Source of the DNA: Acaryochloris marina MBIC11017
Lineage (GTDB): Bacteria > Cyanobacteriota > Cyanobacteriia > Thermosynechococcales > Thermosynechococcaceae
Assembly: GCF_000018105.1 (NCBI RefSeq)
Contig: NC_009925.1
Coordinates: forward strand, 3,420,001 to 3,452,000
Direction of reading: 5' to 3'
Length of the DNA: 32,000 nt
Below are positions 17,130 to 25,237 of the stretch, one piece after another. The first letter of the stretch is position 1. Each line of letters begins with the position of its first letter. The position numbers and the translations under genes were made by a program. Below the pieces are notes generated by a model that worked only from the letters and a program-made list of their open reading frames with translations, was not told where the DNA came from and did no database searches.

Positions 17130-17363
17130 ATGACATTACAAGAAATACAGCAAGCTATTGACCAATTGTCGGCTGAAGAACAATTGGTATTGCTAGACAG
17201 GTTGATGCGCACTCTAAAAACAAAACAAAAACCCCCCATTGACCGCCATGCATTAGTGAGTCAGCTACAAGGTTGTCTCCATCGTCCTGGGCAGTCGGTA
17301 CCTTCAGATACTGACCTTGAGTCAATGCGAGACGAACGATTGGTGGAGAAATATCTTGCGTGA
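17130..17363 (+). CDS. Putative type II antitoxin (VapB position)
   Basis: 77-aa ORF immediately upstream of the PIN-domain gene, with a 4-nt overlap (GTGA). The small helical N-terminus and acidic C-terminal tail are typical of cyanobacterial PIN-associated antitoxins. I recognised no specific family. Confidence 0.65.
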   Translation: MTLQEIQQAIDQLSAEEQLVLLDRLMRTLKTKQKPPIDRHALVSQLQGCLHRPGQSVPSDTDLESMRDERLVEKYLA

Positions 17364-17782
17364 GGGTGCTACTGGATACAAACATCATTCTCGACTTTTT
17401 TCTGGAACGAAAGCCATTTTTTGAGGATGTATGCAAGCTATTTGATGCGATCGCCGATGAGCAAGTCGCAGGTTTTGTGACAGCATCAAGCATTACCGAC
17501 ATCTTTTATATCTGTAGACGACAAACTCAGAGTCTAGAGGAAGCCAAGCAACTCCTCATCACAACCCTTTCGCTATTAGAGATTTGTCCAGTTGATTATT
17601 CAATCCTTGAAATAGCTCTCAAATCTGGTCTTGCCGATTTTGAAGATGCTGTACAAATTGCCTGTGCCGAAGCACAGAATTTAGACGCAATCATTACTCG
17701 TAATCCTAAAGACTTTCGAACAACCCGCATTGCTGTACTCTCTACTCACCAAATCGTAGAACAGTTGAAAGATGACATTTAG
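17360..17782 (+). CDS. vapC: PIN-domain ribonuclease toxin (VapC-like)
   Basis: 140 aa. N-terminal VLLDTNIILDF carries the first catalytic Asp. C-terminal ADFEDAVQIACAEAQNLDAIITRNPKDF is the typical PIN acidic-residue pattern. Confidence 0.85.
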   Translation: MRVLLDTNIILDFFLERKPFFEDVCKLFDAIADEQVAGFVTASSITDIFYICRRQTQSLEEAKQLLITTLSLLEICPVDYSILEIALKSGLADFEDAVQIACAEAQNLDAIITRNPKDFRTTRIAVLSTHQIVEQLKDDI

Positions 17783-17836
17783 AGAGTAAGCAGACACGTT
17801 TTGTGTCACTAGGAAATATGGCCTAACAATAATGTT

Positions 17837-18835
17837 CTAGCTTCTAACACTCAGCTGATACGCTTTAGGACTCACAGAAAATTTACGGCGAAAGGCCGTG
17901 CTAAAAGCTTCAGGATTGCGGTAGCCCACGGACAAGGCCACGGAAGCAATGGACAAGTTGGCATCTGCCAAAAGTTGCTTTGCTTGTCTCATCCGATAGT
18001 CCTGTAAATACCCAAAAACAGTCGTGCCGAACAGTTGGCGAAAACCTTGTTTTAACTTGCGATCGTTCAATCCCACTTGATGGGCTAAATCAATTAAGAG
18101 AGGAGGATTATCCGATTGTTGAATCAACAGATCCCGCGCCTGGTGCAAACGTTCGATATCATCTTTTCGTAAGGTAGGTACATTTAGATACTGCTGCTTC
18201 CAAGTTTCTAACTGCAGCGTGAGCAACTCTAATGCTTTACTTTCAACATATAAGGCTTGGGTTGCACCTGTGTAAGGACAGTCCACCACCTGTTGAAGCA
18301 ACTGCTCCATTTTGGGAGAGATTGGGCCTAAGGACTGGTGGAAGCGATGCTGCGCCTGTCGGCCATGAAAAATATTGCGTAAGGGGGTGGGAAGTGTCTG
18401 ATCATCCTGTAGAAAGTGAAAGTAATCGGTATTGGCATAAATCATGACTAGGTGAATGGCTTCTCCCCCATGCCACTCCTCAATTTCTTCTAAGTCTGGC
18501 AGGTGATATAGATAGTTAAACCCTTTTCGCTCCCAATAATCTGGCTGAATGCCTTGAATGCCAGGTGTCTCCACCCTGGCCGATCCAGCCAGAAAAAATT
18601 TAGAGGTTAACGGAAATTCGGGCTCATGGATTTGCTCAATTCGGAGAGTTTCTTGTAAGACCCCCTCCCGAATTTCAATGGTTAAGCCACCGCGCAGGTG
18701 CAACTGGCGATAGGTACCTTGGCCTAAGCTTCTGGGCAGCAGAGTTGAGCGATCTAATCCGGTGCTAGACGAAGACTCTATTTGACCCTGCTGACAAAGC
18801 TGGGTGAACTCTGCTGCCTTCAGAAAAAGTGCCAT
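17837..18835 (-). CDS. AraC family transcriptional regulator, PchR-like (AraC3)
   Basis: The track start at 18850 is a TTG lying inside the TBDR4 3' end. The ATG at 18835 (MALFLKAAEF) lies 4 nt after the TBDR4 stop. The C-terminal double HTH is nearly identical in pattern to AraC1 (LIDLAHQVGLNDRKLKQGFRQLFGTTVFGYLQDYRMRQA...VGYRNPEAFSTAFRRKFSVSPKAY). Confidence 0.92.
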   Translation of the reverse strand: MALFLKAAEFTQLCQQGQIESSSSTGLDRSTLLPRSLGQGTYRQLHLRGGLTIEIREGVLQETLRIEQIHEPEFPLTSKFFLAGSARVETPGIQGIQPDYWERKGFNYLYHLPDLEEIEEWHGGEAIHLVMIYANTDYFHFLQDDQTLPTPLRNIFHGRQAQHRFHQSLGPISPKMEQLLQQVVDCPYTGATQALYVESKALELLTLQLETWKQQYLNVPTLRKDDIERLHQARDLLIQQSDNPPLLIDLAHQVGLNDRKLKQGFRQLFGTTVFGYLQDYRMRQAKQLLADANLSIASVALSVGYRNPEAFSTAFRRKFSVSPKAYQLSVRS

Positions 18836-18839
18836 ATGC

Positions 18840-21407
18840 CTAGAATTCAAACGTCAGGCCAACCCCGAAATTAATGCCAGGTTGGGTAATGCGAGCCCGC
18901 CGCTGACCAAACGTCGGATCGGTGGTGGTATTGTTCGTTTCATTATTGAGTCTGCGGGCATCCGCATAGCGCACATATTCCGCATCGAATATATTGTAGA
19001 TTCCGCCTCGGAGACTGAGGTTCGGGGTAACTTTGACAAAACCCGTCAAGTCAACCACTGCAAACCCTCCCGGAATAAAATCTTCTGGTTCGGAATCTAC
19101 ACGAGCAGTACCCACAAAGGTACCAATCAACTCTGCCCCCCATTGATCTTCTGGCGCTCGATACCCTAATCCCACAACCGCTTCAAAGGGATTCACAGTT
19201 TCCAAAGGCTGATTATTTTGATCATCATCGCCAATAATCCAGGCTAGCCCCCCAAAGATTCGGAATCCATGGGGCTCGGAGCTGAAACGATATTCCCCTT
19301 GAGCTTCAATTCCATAAATACGGACCTGCTCCAGATTTTGAGATTGAAATACCTGCACACATCCTGGCGTAAAGGGTGGGAAACATCCTGCAGGTTCTGT
19401 GCCTGCGGTGCTACCTTCCGCAGCCCCAAAGATAAAATTGTCATAGATGCTGTAGAACCCGGTCACGCCAAAGGTACCCCGTGGAAAGGCTCCTTTAACC
19501 CCTAGTTCAAAGGTATGACTGGTTTCTGGCTCTAGATTAGGGTTAGAAATGGTGCGATATCCGCTTTCTGGGTTAGAAAAACCGCTATTGATTTCAATGT
19601 AGTTGGGTCCCCGAAACCCCCGAGCATATCGACCGACTAAGGCAATTTCTGGAGTGACCTTGTAGACCAAGCCTAAGCTGGGAGACAGGGCCGAATCATT
19701 TAAGTCAGTCGCCTCAGCACCAGGATTATTGAAGAAGAGAGCATCCGGTTGGGTTGTCAGACTGTAGTAGTCAAAGCGCAGTCCTGGAATAACCGTAAAT
19801 CGGCCTTCGCCAAATTCAATTTCATCTTGTAGATAAACTCCGATACGCAGGGTGTCGGAATCAGGAAAGTCTTTGATTGGAAACGCATCCGGTCCAACTC
19901 GGTTGGAGACGGCACCCGTATCTAAGTTAATGCGCTGTCCATCTCGAATCCGTTGGTTAAAGGTGCTAGAAATATCTAATCCATAGGTGAGTTTATGAGC
20001 GACGCTGCCCGTGCGAAAATCACTCCGCAACTGGATATCGCCACCAATAATGTCTTCAACGAACAGGTTATTTAACTCTCGAAACCGTCGGGCTGGGGGC
20101 GGAGTAAAGGGTGGTGGCACAAAGGGATTGGCAAAAATATCATTTCTAGTGCGGGTTTCTTGGTAATCCGATTCCTGATAGTAGAACTGGACTCGACCAA
20201 ATTGTAAGAAACTTTCACTTTCAGGATTGTCAAATTTGTAAGCGATACTAAAGCGCGATCGCGTCGTTTCCGTATCGGTATCATCGCTCAGAATCGTTAT
20301 GCCAGGAAAGGCTAAGGGGAGGTTAAGATTATCGACTGCTGTATCGAAGTCACCCGCTTCATTGAAATATTCACCTGTAAGCAGGACGGTATTATAGTCA
20401 TTGATCTTAAATTCCAGCTTGCCCAATACATTATTGGTCACCCCGAAAAACGGATCTTCAAATCGATCCTCGGCATTATTATCCCGCTCGGTGTTTTCGC
20501 GATGGGTAAAGCGCACTAATCCAGACAGATTGTCCGTGGCCCGAAAGGCAACGGTGCCCGTACCCGAAAACCCGGAATTTGAACTTCGAAACTGGGTAGA
20601 CCCGCTAATGTAGTAATCGCGATCTGTTAATGCCAATAGGTCACTGGGGTCTGGGGTTAGGTAGCTGACCACCCCTCCTAAGGCATCACTCCCATAGAGC
20701 GCAGAGGCGGGGCCTCGAATAATTTCCGTCGTCTGTACTGAACCCACATCGACAAAATCGCGCCCTAAAATCGAACTGCCAAATTCAAAAAAGGTGGGGA
20801 GTCGAATCCCATCCACCTGCAGCAAAATTCGATTGCGTTCTAAACCGCGAATGTTGTAATCCGTTGCGCCATAGGTCTCATCTTCATTCACGCTTACCCC
20901 TGGCTCATAGCGGATTAAATCCCGAATATCTTGGCCTAACTGACGCTGTAGCTCCTCCGCTTTGATGACAGTGACATTGGCTGGAGAGAGTTGAATGGCC
21001 CGTGGCGTCCGCGTGCCAGTCACTGTAATTTCCAGCTCTACTTCTTCATCCACGGTGTCAGTCGGCGCTGCCTCCTCTTCTGCAGCAGGGAGATCGGCTT
21101 CATCAGGACTCTCTTGAGATAAGAGTTGGGCATCTGATATGGGCAACTCTATTTCTGTAATGTCAGGAATACCCTCAGCCGTAATAACCGTTGGGACGGT
21201 TGGTTCTACTCCAGTCGTGACATCAGCAGTGACATCCAGGGGACAGTCATCTGAGGTTAACAAACAGCGTGTTTGGTTTGACTGTTTTGTTATGTCTAAC
21301 GGTTTATCTTCAACTTGGGACAAGACTGGCTGAGCATTAAGCATACCAGCACCTGTAAGGAGTAAGGCTAGAGAGAAAGCTGAGGCATGAAATCGAGTCA
21401 TAGTCAT
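18840..21407 (-). CDS. TonB-dependent receptor of a different subfamily, haem/haemoglobin-transferrin-lactoferrin-family-like (TBDR4)
   Basis: 855 aa with signal peptide MTMTRFHASAFSLALLLTGAGMLNA and a roughly 100-aa acidic linker. It has a TonB-box-like ELEITVTGTR and the plug motif TEIIRGPASALYGSDALGGVV. The sequence FRGPN...NPNLEPE resembles the FRAP and NPNL boxes. The terminal residue is Phe (LTFEF). Confidence 0.9.
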   Translation of the reverse strand: MTMTRFHASAFSLALLLTGAGMLNAQPVLSQVEDKPLDITKQSNQTRCLLTSDDCPLDVTADVTTGVEPTVPTVITAEGIPDITEIELPISDAQLLSQESPDEADLPAAEEEAAPTDTVDEEVELEITVTGTRTPRAIQLSPANVTVIKAEELQRQLGQDIRDLIRYEPGVSVNEDETYGATDYNIRGLERNRILLQVDGIRLPTFFEFGSSILGRDFVDVGSVQTTEIIRGPASALYGSDALGGVVSYLTPDPSDLLALTDRDYYISGSTQFRSSNSGFSGTGTVAFRATDNLSGLVRFTHRENTERDNNAEDRFEDPFFGVTNNVLGKLEFKINDYNTVLLTGEYFNEAGDFDTAVDNLNLPLAFPGITILSDDTDTETTRSRFSIAYKFDNPESESFLQFGRVQFYYQESDYQETRTRNDIFANPFVPPPFTPPPARRFRELNNLFVEDIIGGDIQLRSDFRTGSVAHKLTYGLDISSTFNQRIRDGQRINLDTGAVSNRVGPDAFPIKDFPDSDTLRIGVYLQDEIEFGEGRFTVIPGLRFDYYSLTTQPDALFFNNPGAEATDLNDSALSPSLGLVYKVTPEIALVGRYARGFRGPNYIEINSGFSNPESGYRTISNPNLEPETSHTFELGVKGAFPRGTFGVTGFYSIYDNFIFGAAEGSTAGTEPAGCFPPFTPGCVQVFQSQNLEQVRIYGIEAQGEYRFSSEPHGFRIFGGLAWIIGDDDQNNQPLETVNPFEAVVGLGYRAPEDQWGAELIGTFVGTARVDSEPEDFIPGGFAVVDLTGFVKVTPNLSLRGGIYNIFDAEYVRYADARRLNNETNNTTTDPTFGQRRARITQPGINFGVGLTFEF

Positions 21408-21561
21408 CCAAGGAGGTTAAGAGATAGCAGATTTAAACCTTTTGAGAGGGGAAAACGTTACCTTTAAAGGCAAAGCTTGAAGCCAAACGCCCACAGGCAT
21501 CTCAATTCCAGAGAAAAAGAGATGTCTGCCTGCACGTGCCATTTTCTGAGAGAGGAATATT

Positions 21562-22089
21562 ATGTCTACTGCTGTAGTTCAACCTTTCGGCCAGATAGCT
21601 GACAATCCAGTCTTGCTGGATCGGTCTGCTACTGAACCGATTTGCGAGGGTATGAATACTGCCCTGGCTAGTTTTCAGGCGTTGTATTTGCAATATCAAA
21701 AGCATCATTTTGTTGTCGAAGGGGCTGAGTTTTACCAGCTCCACAACTTTTTCCAAGAGTGTGGGGATGCCACCAAAAGCCATGTTCATGATCTTGGCGA
21801 ACGTCTAAATGGTTTAGGAGGGGTACCCGCCGCTAGTTTTAGCAAGCTAGCGGAGCTATGTTGTTTTGAACCCGAAGCAGATGGTGTGTATAACTGTCGA
21901 ACCATGGTGGAGCATGACCTAGCTGCTGAACAGGCTGTGATCAAACTGCTTCGTAGCCAAGCGTCCCAGGCAGAAAGTCTCGGAGATCGCGGCACTCGCT
22001 ATCTATATGAGCAGATGCTGCTTGAGACAGAAGAGCGAGCCTATCATCTGGCCCATTTTTTGGCCTCTGACACGCTGGTTGTGGCGTGA
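21562..22089 (+). CDS. dps: Dps family ferritin-like protein (DNA/iron starvation protection)
   Basis: 175 aa. The ferroxidase-centre pattern KHHFVVEG-x7-LH-x14-HDLGER has the same spacing as E. coli Dps residues H51, H63, D78 and E82. Confidence 0.92.
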   Translation: MSTAVVQPFGQIADNPVLLDRSATEPICEGMNTALASFQALYLQYQKHHFVVEGAEFYQLHNFFQECGDATKSHVHDLGERLNGLGGVPAASFSKLAELCCFEPEADGVYNCRTMVEHDLAAEQAVIKLLRSQASQAESLGDRGTRYLYEQMLLETEERAYHLAHFLASDTLVVA

Positions 22090-22100
22090 TCCGGTAGTCG

Positions 22101-22505
22101 TCATGGTTTCTTTGTGGCGGCAATGGCCAGCTTTGCGCCTTCAATTTCGCGAATGCGATCCATCACCGTCACAACGCGGCCATGCCCCACTTGCTCATCC
22201 GCATGGATGATCACTACGACCTTTTCGGTTGTTTCCGTTAAGTCTTGAACTTCTGTTACTAGAGCATCCAGCTGGATCGGTTCTCGGTTGAGTGCTAAAT
22301 CCCCCGTCTCACCAATGGTGACCGTCACCTTCGTCGATAGCTGTGGTTTTACTGTTTTTGCCTGGGGCAAATTAACAGGTAAGGCATCACTGCGGTTGAG
22401 GAATAACGTGGCAATGATAAAAAAGGACAGAATGGCAAAAATAACATCAATCATCGGCACAATATTGATTTGAGCCGATGGACTTGGATCATCGGGTAAG
22501 CGCAT
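22101..22505 (-). CDS. exbD: ExbD/TolR family biopolymer transport protein
   Basis: 134 aa. INIVPMIDVIFAILSFFI is the characteristic single TM segment with the conserved Asp. The start overlaps the exbB 3' end by 17 nt. Confidence 0.92.
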   Translation of the reverse strand: MRLPDDPSPSAQINIVPMIDVIFAILSFFIIATLFLNRSDALPVNLPQAKTVKPQLSTKVTVTIGETGDLALNREPIQLDALVTEVQDLTETTEKVVVIIHADEQVGHGRVVTVMDRIREIEGAKLAIAATKKP

Positions 22506-23160
22506 GATTCACCCTGCCTCGTTCATAGCGGTGACGATACAGCAACTCCAGCTGTCCCCCATGCTCTTGAATAAAAGCCAACTGGCGCTGGTATAAACTG
22601 CGAAATGCATTGGCGAAAATAAGTGTTGAAATCGCCACAATCAACCCTGCAGCTGTTGAGATTAAGGCTGTACTAATTCCCCCCGTTACTCCTGCTGTTT
22701 CACTCCCCCCGATATTGCCCATATCCAGTGAAGAGAAGGAGTTGATCAGACCCAATACCGTTCCCAAGAGTCCCAGTAAAGGGGCAATACTAATAATGGT
22801 GTCAAACACCGTGGTAAACCGCTTTAGCGTGGGTAGCTCAGCTTGGGCTTCACTCTCCAACGCCAAACGGAATTCATCCGGTGTGGGCTCCTCTAACGAT
22901 AGAGCTGCTAAGAAAATGCGCGCTATGGGATACTTTGCCTGCTCCTGCACATACCCCAACGCATCATAAACATTATCAAGCCGATAGAGCTGCAGCGTCC
23001 GCTTAACGATTCGCAGTTGATTGCGATTAAGCCTGGTCCAAAAGATCAATCGCTCAATCACCAGAGCCGTAGCAATTAGTGAAAATACCATGAGAGGGAG
23101 CATTACAATTCCCCCCGCCGTAATGATTTGGCCAAATTGCATGTATGTATACCACTCCAT
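22489..23160 (-). CDS. exbB: ExbB (MotA/TolQ/ExbB proton channel family)
   Basis: Three TM segments and a C-terminal channel motif (ISIAPLLGLLGTVLGLINSF...GISTALISTAAGLIVAI). The start is uncertain, with candidates at GTG 23202, ATG 23160 and ATG 23142. Confidence 0.9.
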   Translation of the reverse strand: MEWYTYMQFGQIITAGGIVMLPLMVFSLIATALVIERLIFWTRLNRNQLRIVKRTLQLYRLDNVYDALGYVQEQAKYPIARIFLAALSLEEPTPDEFRLALESEAQAELPTLKRFTTVFDTIISIAPLLGLLGTVLGLINSFSSLDMGNIGGSETAGVTGGISTALISTAAGLIVAISTLIFANAFRSLYQRQLAFIQEHGGQLELLYRHRYERGRVNHALTR

Positions 23161-23334
23161 ACTGCGATAGGGAAGACCGATTGATGTGACCGAAACCGGC
23201 ACTGGCTCTAAGACGCGCTAATCCTGTGAAGACTCACAACTGAGACCCTGATACAGCAATCACCCTTGCTGAACCTAAGCCATCTAGTTCATTAGAGATA
23301 TCGGCACAATCGGCCATAGATGAGACCGTATCTT

Positions 23335-23351
23335 TAATGATATAGATTGTC
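23335..23351. promoter_or_regulatory. Fur-box-like site in the exbB / tonB-like divergent region
   Basis: TAATGATATAGATTGTC matches 13/17 positions of TAATGATAATCATTATC, the core of the classical 19-bp Fur box. Confidence 0.4.
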
Positions 23352-23455
23352 AAGTAAGTAAAAGGATGTCAAGTCATAAATAGAAATTCCTTATTGATGG
23401 GATAAAGAAGTAAATTGCCCAAATTTTCCTGAAAAACTCTATTTTTAGTAGATCT

Positions 23456-23502
23456 TGAGAATTTTATTTACCTTGATAAAGTTCATAGATAACTTTCATT
23501 TA
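23456..23502. promoter_or_regulatory. Cluster of Fur-like half-sites upstream of the tonB-like gene
   Basis: TGAGAATTTTATTTA is followed by TTGATAAAGTTCATAGATAACTTTCATTTA, which has two GATAA cores. The cluster lies 49-95 nt upstream of the ATG at 23551. Confidence 0.3.
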
Positions 23503-23550
23503 CTAAGAATATTGTGTATCGTTTAAACCGATATATTCTCAGTTATCCAC

Positions 23551-25176
23551 ATGAGTCTCAATCCGTTCTCTAGCACTAATAAAGAGAATGAAGAGCGCTT
23601 TGTCCGCACCGTTCTGGCATGTACTTTGCCAGGGTCCCTAGTGTTGCACTCTTTGTTTTTCGGAATTAGTGTCGGTTTACCCTCCTCTGAAGAGATTGAT
23701 CTAGCTGAGGAAGATGCCATTGAAATTGCCGTCGTAGACGCACCAGAAGAAGAAATTGAAGAAGAAGATCCGATTCTAGAAGAGTTCGAAGAACCAGAGC
23801 CGGTAGCTCCCGACGCCGCCGAGTTTGTCGCAGATCTACCAGAACCTGTGGCATTGAATTCAGTGCCAGAGCCATCGATTCCAGAGCCTGAAGAACTCCC
23901 AGAACCTCTGGAAGAACCCGAATCTCCAGAAGCAACTGAGCCATCTGAAACGCCAACAGAAGAACCCGAGACCAGTGAAGCCCCAGAGGAATACCCTTCC
24001 ACAGCCGAAACATCTGAGCAGTCTGAACCCACGTCCTCCACATCAGAAGGAGATGCTCCATCTCAGACACCAGTAAAAACTGGAGCAGATAAACCTGCTG
24101 GCTCATCAACAGAGAAAACAGCAGCCAAATCGACCACCAAAACATCAGGGACCTCGAAAAGCAAGACATCCAAAGGCAAACCGTCTCGGTCCAAGCCCAG
24201 GCGAGGAAAAGCCAGACCGTCCGAGGGACCGAAGAAAACAGCAGTAAACACTCAACCGAAAGCCCCCCTCAAGCCCAAAAAAGCTAAGCAAAAAGGACGC
24301 TCAAAGAAACTGGGTATCGGGTATAAAAAAGACGCGAAATCGAAAACGACCGCAGGATTAGCAGAGCGGTTTATTCCGGTTTATAAAAATGGCAAGCTGG
24401 TTGACTTGCAGCTAGAGCGGTCGACAGGCGATCCAGCCCTGGATAAGGCGATAGAGAAAGATAAAAAGAAATTCTTCAAGCAGGTTAAGAAGCAGCTGAA
24501 ATCTGTGCCAGAGGGCAGACGAAGTAAGCCCATCAAAATACGGTTTGAATCGAATGATTTGACAGCCAAAGAGCGGGAACAAGCTCGTAAGAATCGAGCA
24601 TTATCCCAGCAGCGGGCTCAAGAGCGAGCCGCCGCTAAAGCTCGTCGAGCGAGGCAGCAGGCTCCAGCTCCAGCACCAGCAGCAGCCCCCGCTCCAACAG
24701 CAGCCCCCGTTAGACCAGCAGATACGCCAGTGAGTGTTCCGAGAACTCCCTCTCCGGCATCAGCTCCAGCTCCTATATCGACTCCGGCCCCCGCTCCAGT
24801 TGCTGCTCCGGCTCCAGCTGCTGCGCCAGCCTCTGCTCCAGTACCGGCTCCGACTCCAGCCTCCGCACCAGCAGCAGCCCCCGCTCCAGTGCCAGCTCCG
24901 GCTCCGGCTCCAGTTGCTGCACCTGCTCCGGCTCCAGTATCCGCTCCGGTTCCGGCCCCTGCCCCACCTCCAGTCCCGGCCTATGTACCGCCCGCTCCGG
25001 CACCAGCCCCAGTTCCGGCTTATGTGCCACCTGCTCCAGCTCCAGCTTATGTACCACCTGCTCCAGTTTCTGCCCCAGTCCCGGCCTACGTACCGCCCGC
25101 TCCGGCTCCAGCTTATGTACCACCGCCTGCTCCAGTTTCTGCCCCAGCTCCAGCTGCTCCGCCTCCTTTAGAGTAA
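23551..25176 (+). CDS. tonB: TonB-like energy transducer with atypical C-terminal Pro/Ala-rich extension
   Basis: 541 aa. The N-terminal TM segment carries an SxxxH motif (GSLVLHS, 23635-23649), as in E. coli TonB S16/H20. It is followed by an acidic Glu/Pro-rich region and then a basic Lys/Ser/Thr/Pro-rich region. A short TonB_C-like segment follows (NGKLVDLQLERSTGDPALDKAIEK...KPIKIRF, 24358-24552). The protein ends with an Arg/Ala-rich helix and a 171-aa PA-rich tail. The gene is divergent from exbBD. Confidence 0.8.
   Translation: MSLNPFSSTNKENEERFVRTVLACTLPGSLVLHSLFFGISVGLPSSEEIDLAEEDAIEIAVVDAPEEEIEEEDPILEEFEEPEPVAPDAAEFVADLPEPVALNSVPEPSIPEPEELPEPLEEPESPEATEPSETPTEEPETSEAPEEYPSTAETSEQSEPTSSTSEGDAPSQTPVKTGADKPAGSSTEKTAAKSTTKTSGTSKSKTSKGKPSRSKPRRGKARPSEGPKKTAVNTQPKAPLKPKKAKQKGRSKKLGIGYKKDAKSKTTAGLAERFIPVYKNGKLVDLQLERSTGDPALDKAIEKDKKKFFKQVKKQLKSVPEGRRSKPIKIRFESNDLTAKEREQARKNRALSQQRAQERAAAKARRARQQAPAPAPAAAPAPTAAPVRPADTPVSVPRTPSPASAPAPISTPAPAPVAAPAPAAAPASAPVPAPTPASAPAAAPAPVPAPAPAPVAAPAPAPVSAPVPAPAPPPVPAYVPPAPAPAPVPAYVPPAPAPAYVPPAPVSAPVPAYVPPAPAPAYVPPPAPVSAPAPAAPPPLE
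24661..25173 (+). repeat. Coding low-complexity and imperfect tandem repeats (GCTCCAGCTCCGGCT-type), encoding (P/A/V)n with four PAYVPPAP units
   Basis: CCAGTCCCGGCCTATGTACCGCCCGCTCCGGC (near 24968) recurs as CCAGTCCCGGCCTACGTACCGCCCGCTCCGGC (near 25076). CTTATGTACCACCTGCTCCAGTTTCTGCCCCAG recurs near 25113 with a 3-nt insertion. Confidence 0.85.
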
Positions 25177-25237
25177 AGAGATAAGAGCTTACCTTATGTT
25201 CAATTTACCCTCAACGTTTTAGGCGGACTCAAAAGCT

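Noticed and set aside
17783-17836. Small hairpin GACAC-GTTTT-GTGTC between the convergent vapC and AraC3 genes, considered as a bidirectional terminator
   Set aside because: The stem is only 5 bp and there is no flanking T or A run, which is too weak to call.
21408-21561. Cobalamin riboswitch upstream of TBDR4, or upstream of the BtuCDF-like operon at 25177-25237
   Set aside because: I could find no B12-box-like sequence or the expected multi-stem leader on the relevant strand, and the spacers are short. Only an imperfect inverted repeat is present (AGGCATCTC...GAGATGTCTGCCT, 21495-21531). It may be a regulator site for the dps/TBDR4 divergent promoters.
23523-24169. Long minus-strand ORFs (23523-24041, 172 aa; 23666-24169, 167 aa) antisense to the tonB-like gene
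   Set aside because: Their products are low-complexity Ser/Gly/Leu-rich translations of the reverse complement of the Glu/Pro-rich spacer. They have no start context or recognisable domains, so they are a composition artefact.
24734-25171. Alternative-frame ORF (145 aa, + strand) and antisense ORF (24773-25123, 116 aa) inside the PA-rich repeat
   Set aside because: The repetitive GCTCCAGCT-type DNA lacks stop codons in several frames. The in-frame continuation of the TonB-like ORF explains the region.
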